Source: Epithemia pelagica (lineage: Eukaryota > Protista > Bacillariophyta). Taken from it: a stretch of 64,000 bases of DNA. The stretch lies in the NCBI GenBank assembly GCA_946965045.2, contig OX337238.1, positions 1,674,001-1,738,000 on the forward strand, given 5' to 3'. Under the pieces are notes generated by a model. That model was not told the DNA's origin. It searched no databases and was given only the letters and a program-made list of their open reading frames with translations. A program made the translations under genes and the position numbers. Positions 58,515-64,000 of this stretch are shown here, in pieces (positions within the stretch are counted from its first letter, which is position 1; every line of letters starts with the position of its first letter).

Positions 58515-59575
58515 TATTGAACCATTTTGGTTCAATAACGAGATTTTTTGCGCTAATTCGTGTCTATCCTTCGCTGTCTCAAAGTAAAATGACTACAAGC
58601 TGAGTTCAAGCCGAATGTCAACGACGTAGCGCTTAGTAGGAAATCTACGTATATCACGCCAGCCATCTAATTACTATAGCCCTTATAATAATGCCTCTCA
58701 TGTGAAAAGTGCTTCCTAAACTCGACAATCTCGCGTTCCCCCAGAAAAACTTCGTTTTGCACGAGAATATCGTGCGTGGGGTGCATCCGATGATCATGTT
58801 GTTGTGGATGATGCTGATGCGTTGAACTGTTGCCCCATTGGTGATGGTCCAACAACACCCTAAGGGAGCTGGATGCAGCTCGGCAACAGTTCAACAGGTC
58901 GGGACGGCCCTCCACCATGGTCAACACACTCGACTGTTTTTTCGTAATTTTTGACGAAATCCTAGCGTTCGGAAGAAATCACACATAACACTAAAGGTAA
59001 AAAATATTTCTTGCAACCACTAGGACGTCGCGTGTCGGACACTAGAAACGCGAAACGCTATCGAGGATTACTCCTCTGGTACAAATTCTACAGGGGCCTA
59101 CGTCGTTGATGTAAACTCTGAACTCAGCTTGTATGCTATACATTGTTCTTTCTGTCTTGAAGTGCTTAAGAGAAGTAAAGTTGATCGATGGCAATTGCAC
59201 CTCTACAACTTGAGGAATCGCTGAATTAACTTTGTGCGAATATTTTAGCTATAGAATACGAATGGAGTAGATCTTTGTAGTACCTATTACTTCCTTCATA
59301 TTATATGGCTAAAATATTCGCACAAAGTTAATTCAGCGATTCCTCAAGTTGTAGAGGTGCAATTGCCATCGATCAACTTTACTTCTCTTAAGCACTTCAA
59401 GACAGAAAGAACAATGTAAAGCATAGTCATTTTACTTTGAGACAGCGAAGGATAGACACGAAATAGCATAAAAAAGAGGAAAAAGATGAAAAATGAAGAT
59501 GTGTAGCGTGTTATTACCACGTAGACTCTGGTACTAAAGCTACGGCCCGTTTTATTGAACCATTTTGGTTCAATA
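58515..59575. repeat. Foldback-like complex: 23-bp palindromic direct repeats at both ends, inverted segments and a central long hairpin
   Basis: TATTGAACCATTTTGGTTCAATA at 58515-58537 and 59553-59575; ~58552-58605 inverted at ~59424-59467; hairpin at 59132-59425. Confidence 0.8.
59132..59425. repeat. Near-perfect inverted repeat, 122-bp arms and 50-nt loop
   Basis: 59132-59253 pairs with 59304-59425; I found two mismatches by eye. Confidence 0.93.
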
Positions 59576-59590
59576 TCGCACACCGATTAA

Positions 59591-60569
59591 CGCCAATCGT
59601 AAGCGAGTAGTGTATAGCTGTCTCCCATATATGGGAGACAGCTATGCACTACTCCCTTAACTTTGACTTTCATCAACTGGAAAGATCTTGAAATTCTGAA
59701 TAACTTCATATATATGATAGTCTACAGTAAATACACAGTCATTAGCGTGATATTTCGCTTTGAAAAATTGGTGATTTTCCTCTTTTTTGATCATTTACAT
59801 CTTCCATCGGCTGAGCGCCAACTTTAGTACCCTTTATAAATGCGACATCTGCACCGATTGTTGCAGGACTCTCCATTCTGGAGGTCTATATGGCAAAGAA
59901 GGCCTTGACCAAAGGAAATGTCCTCCCGACCCTTCCCTGTGGAAAATGACGACCGTGAGTCGGCGCAACTGGATTCGTCGCAATGGCTCATCAACCCACA
60001 TGCCGAGCAACCTGTCCAAGATATCGATCTCAGATACCAAGCGACCCGTCCAAGGTGCTACCAACCTTGCACCTGAAGCCAGTACAACAGTACCAGAGGA
60101 AGCTGATGATGAGGAGGCAGATATACACACAAGGAAGAGGAGAAGGACTGTCGACGACGGCAATATGGAAGAGGATGAGAACAACACAAAAGACAACAAC
60201 GACAATGGCAAGGACAACGAAACGACGGAAATCTCTTGATTATCAGAACAACAGTAGATAGGAATGAATAGATATTTGTTAATGTGAAGAGTTATTTTGT
60301 TGACTTCTCGTAGCACTACATCATGGTCGCTACATCATGGTCACAACATCATGGACTAGGTGCCAACATCATGGACTAGGTGACACTTGTATGATGGGAG
60401 GGGGCCATTGTCATTCCATGTGACCTGTGTTTTAAGCTTAAAACAATCTGTGTTAAGGCCGACTTACGGGAGACAGCCTATGCAAGCAGCTGGCTGATTC
60501 CCATAAAATTTATGGGAGACAGCTATATACTATTCCGATAAGCTTAAAACCCGTTCTTTACGATTGGCG
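59591..60569. mobile_element. Non-autonomous TTAA-flanked TIR element (979 bp), piggyBac-like
   Basis: TTAA at 59587-59590 and 60570-60573; 12-bp TIR CGCCAATCGTAA; subterminal inverted repeats TATAGCTGTCTCCCATA / TATGGGAGACAGCTATA. Confidence 0.8.
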
Positions 60570-60718
60570 TTAAGGGATAGCGTTGACAAAACCAAACCTG
60601 AAGCATGACGTCATCACTCAATTTTGTTTTGGCGGGTTTTGCCGTCCTATAGCACCGGCAAAACCAAAATCCAATTCCGCGCTGCATTCCCCCAAGTCCT
60701 CAAATTCACTTTCACTAG

Positions 60719-63444
60719 TGTCTATTCTACCCCTGTCCTCATATGAGGACAAATCCTCATATGAGGCCACTTTTCAACGTAGCATGTCAAATCATTCATG
60801 TACTCCTAAGAGTGGTTTTATTACAGATTCGTAATCTCCATACTTTAAAACATATCTCATAATATTCTCATGCTTTAATAATGATGAGTAGTGAAGATAC
60901 AGTGTGAAAAGAAAAGACTACCCGCGTTGTGTGCGCATTAGAAAAAAATTTCCATGTCACAATGGCGCCTCCAGATCCACGCCGTACACCCAATTCCATT
61001 GTTTTGGCCAAGGCCATGCATGTGACATCTCTTGCAGAGTTTTCCAGAAGGTATGGAAGCAATGCAAAGACGAAAAGGCTGTTTGGGAAGGTGGTTGAAG
61101 CTTCCATCCAACGGGGCCCCAATGGAAGGTCCACAACAATGGTGACTGTGAACTTCTATATGGGAAGTTTCGAGGTGATCAAGCAGAAGACACTCAACCT
61201 GAGGAGTGTCATTACTCCCAGTGATGAAGAGCTGCTAGCCTATGCCCGTTTCAGGCATCAGCATGAGAGAAATCAACCCCCACAAGCTTCGACGACTACA
61301 GAGGGAAATTCCGCGGCCACAACGGCAACCAACACCAATACGGGTCAAGCTGCGGCATCTGAGCCTCCTGCACCACAGCAGGCCATCCAGGGGACACAGA
61401 CAGCAACAGGGAACCAGGAGAGTGCAGTGGGAGAGTCAAACAATCCACCAGATTGTGAGTGTCAAGTCCATGATGTGAAATGGCATAAGGGCACTTTGTC
61501 ATCTCCATTGAATTGCAATTCGATGGGACGTGTTCCTCCAAGGGATTGGACTTTCAGGACACCTATTGGAGAGAGAATTACTCCAGGAAGTGATAGACAG
61601 GGCTTGCTTTCCAGATTGGACTACTTCCTGATGACATTCCCTCCGCGGCAGTTTGACTTAATGCACAGGCTCACAAATGGACAGCTTGCAAAAATTGAGA
61701 GACCTTCAATGACTAAAGGAGAATTACTCAAGTTCTTTGCCGTTACTATATTGATAACCCGCCATGAATTCACCTCAAGGGCAAACTTATGGTCAAGTAC
61801 AGCAACAAGTCGGTACGGAGTGGCACCTGCCTTCGATAAGACTGGTATGTCAAGAAAGCGTTTTGATGACATCTTTAGATGTCTCCGCTTCTCTGAGCAA
61901 CCAGAATCACGCCCTTCCTCAATGAGATCAGAGACATACAGGTGGAAGCTTGTGGATGACTTCATTCAAAACTTCAATCAGCATCGTGCTTCGCACTTTC
62001 AACCTTGCGAACGCATCTGTGTTGACGAATCAATGATCCGTTGGTATGGTTTGGGTGGCCACTGGATAAACATTGGTCTACCACAGTATGTGGCAATTGA
62101 CAGAAAGCCTGAGAACGGATGCGAGATCCAAAACTCTGCTTGCGGTGGATCTGGGATATTTTGTCGTCTCAAGCTTGTCAAGACTGCCGAAGAAGATGAA
62201 TTGAATCATGAGGAGGACGATGACACAACACTCCTCATGAATCATGGGACAGCTGTCCTCAGAGAATTAGTGGAACCATGGGCTCATTCACAGCGTGTTG
62301 TCTGTGCCAACTCCTACTTTGCTTCTGTGAATACGGCAGAGGAGATGGCAAAGATGGGACTCCGATTTATCGGAGTTGTGAAGACTGCAACTCGCAAGTA
62401 TCCAATGGCGTACCTGTCAAACGTTGAACTACTTTCTCGTGGGGATTGCACTGGTCTCATAAGGAAAGATGCAGATGAACAAGCCACCATGATGGCTTTT
62501 GTGTGGATGAATAGGGAACGGCGCTATTTTGTTGCAAATACATCTTCTCTTGTGGAAGGAGAGCCGTACACACGAACAAGGTGGCGCCAAATTTCAGATG
62601 AGGCAGATGCAGAGCCAGAGCGTGTGGAATTGACAGTGGCACAGCCCCAAGCATGTGAGATCTATTACAAGACATGTGGACTAATAGATCAGCATGACAG
62701 GTGCCGGCAAGACACTCTCTAAATGGAAATCAAAGTGGAAACGAAGCGATGGTGGGTACGTGTGGGGCTTGGAGTGTTCGCAATGTGTGTGGTGGACTCT
62801 TGGCTTTTGTATTCTGGGGCAACCCTGACAAAGGAAAAGCAACAAGACTATTATGCACTGCTTGCAGAGGAATTAATAGACAGCACATTCGAAAGAAGTG
62901 GAGTCCCTTGTTCTGCAAGAAGAAGAGGACGAGTGAGTGACGGAACAGATAATGCCGAAAGCCCATCAGATCTCATCAATCCACGCAGTGGACAAGCAAG
63001 GGCAGGCATTGACATCCATCTGAGCCCAACCAAGAGAAGGAGGAAGGTTGATGGAGTTGCAACAAACCAATGTGCACAAGGAAGATGTAGAGTATGTCGA
63101 AAGAAAACAAAGTATATCTGTTCACAGTGTGAAGACAGTGAAACTCCCTCCGACAGAAATTGTTGGATTTGCCATACAGAAACTGGCCGGATGTGCTTTC
63201 CAACACACGTAGCATCTTGCCACATTAACATAGAACATGATGGTTGATTGTGGTCTAATACTTTTCATTTTTAGTTGTTCATTTTTATGGTCAAACGGCA
63301 GATTCCCATGGTCGGGGTACATTTTTTGTTCCTCGGTTCGTACAAAAGATACTGGGGGCTACGTATGCATGTTATTCGTAGGATTGTCCTCATATGAGGA
63401 CAAACGCTGTCCTCATATGAGGACAAATCGGGGTAGAATAGACA
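60719..63444 (+). mobile_element. piggyBac-family DNA transposon with TGTCTATTCTACCCC TIRs, apparently flanked by CTAG
   Basis: Inverted match 60714-60733 / 63430-63449; subterminal palindromes TGTCCTCATATGAGGACA at 60734, 63385 and 63408; transposase inside. Confidence 0.88.
60962..63247 (+). pseudogene. piggyBac (PGBD-like) transposase with a nonsense codon
   Basis: VDESM, DRKPENG, IDQHD motifs; C-terminal CRVC...CSQC...CWIC...CFPTH; in-frame TAA at 62720-62722; second catalytic Asp appears as Asn (CANSYF). Confidence 0.88.
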
Positions 63445-64000
63445 CTAGTTGAATACTAAAAGAATTGAAAGTAGGACATCAAGCCGGATGTTTTCATTGG
63501 GGTTGGGGCGACCGTTGGAGTAATACGCGCGCCGCGCGATTGGGAGTCATTTCTGTAGGCGAATTATACACTACCATTGAGCAAACAGTATCCCTAATGC
63601 GATTTCAGGTTTGGAGGGTTAACAAAACCTGAGCTCAGGTTTTGTAAAAACCAGAGGTCGACCAAAGTTGAACGATCGGACAACCCGGATTTGACGTCAT
63701 ATTTCCGGGTTTTTTGTGACGTGTCACGCTTCAGTTTTGGTTTTGTCAATGCTATAGGGTCAGCCTCATAACCTATGACCCATCATAGATGCTAGGAGCT
63801 AGGAGTAGCAAATAGAAGACATAGCTCCTCTACTATTACTATCTACAATAGCAATAGGGCAAAACTCTCCCCCGTCTCAAGTCACAAGACTCCTCTTTCG
63901 TCGCGTCACCATGACTGGGGTGACATGACGTAATGACGTTTTGACGCTGAGAGACGCAGTATTGACTGTTGACGAGGACCATACTTTGCCGCATTCATGC

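Larger units (their letters stand above)
60577..63755. mobile_element. Outer inverted-repeat-bounded element hosting the piggyBac insertion
   Basis: 33-bp inverted repeats at 60577-60609 and 63723-63755 (3 mismatches); exact termini and TSD unclear. Confidence 0.5.

Noticed and set aside
59787-60316. ORFs inside the TTAA element as a transposase remnant
   Set aside because: Low-complexity acidic or hydrophobic mirror frames with no DDD motifs.
1-64000. Prokaryotic origin, operons, rRNA or tRNA genes
   Set aside because: Spliceosomal introns, eukaryotic TEs and eukaryotic gene families occur throughout; no rRNA or tRNA structure was recognised by eye.

Overview
Eukaryotic nuclear DNA, most likely from a pennate diatom. 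The evidence is short GT-AG introns, diatom-type cyclase-phosphodiesterase genes, a CoDi-like copia gag and a diatom-type RNase H LINE. No rRNA, tRNA or CRISPR array is supported. The window has four parts. (1) About 1-10.9 kb is an unusual accessory block: two paralogous Cys-rich ORFs, a 170-bp tandem array whose minus strand carries overlapping ~58-aa ORFs, a minus-strand ORF chain (749-aa unknown/Ulp1-like, NZF+RING, linker, TET/JBP-like Fe(II) dioxygenase) that can be spliced at least partly into one protein, then a 105-bp array, a GTT microsatellite and a CACGCG cluster. It looks like the cargo and end of a large mobile element. (2) About 10.9-16 kb is a nest: a gag-only copia fragment with LTR and PBS, and a 5'-truncated LINE with a 15-bp TSD inserted into an Old Yellow Enzyme gene. 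(3) About 16-58 kb holds host genes: C2HC zinc-finger repeat protein, GDP-mannose transporter, DEK-C/SWIB protein, NDUFC2-like, HMG box, and three consecutive inverted paralog pairs (cupredoxin-DUF305, Cys/Pro-rich surface protein, cyclase-PDE), plus two related MITEs with 10-bp TSDs. (4) About 58.5-63.8 kb is a DNA-transposon nest: a 122-bp-arm hairpin, a TTAA-flanked element, and a piggyBac-family element apparently flanked by CTAG. All family assignments come from motif recognition by eye; no database searches were run.
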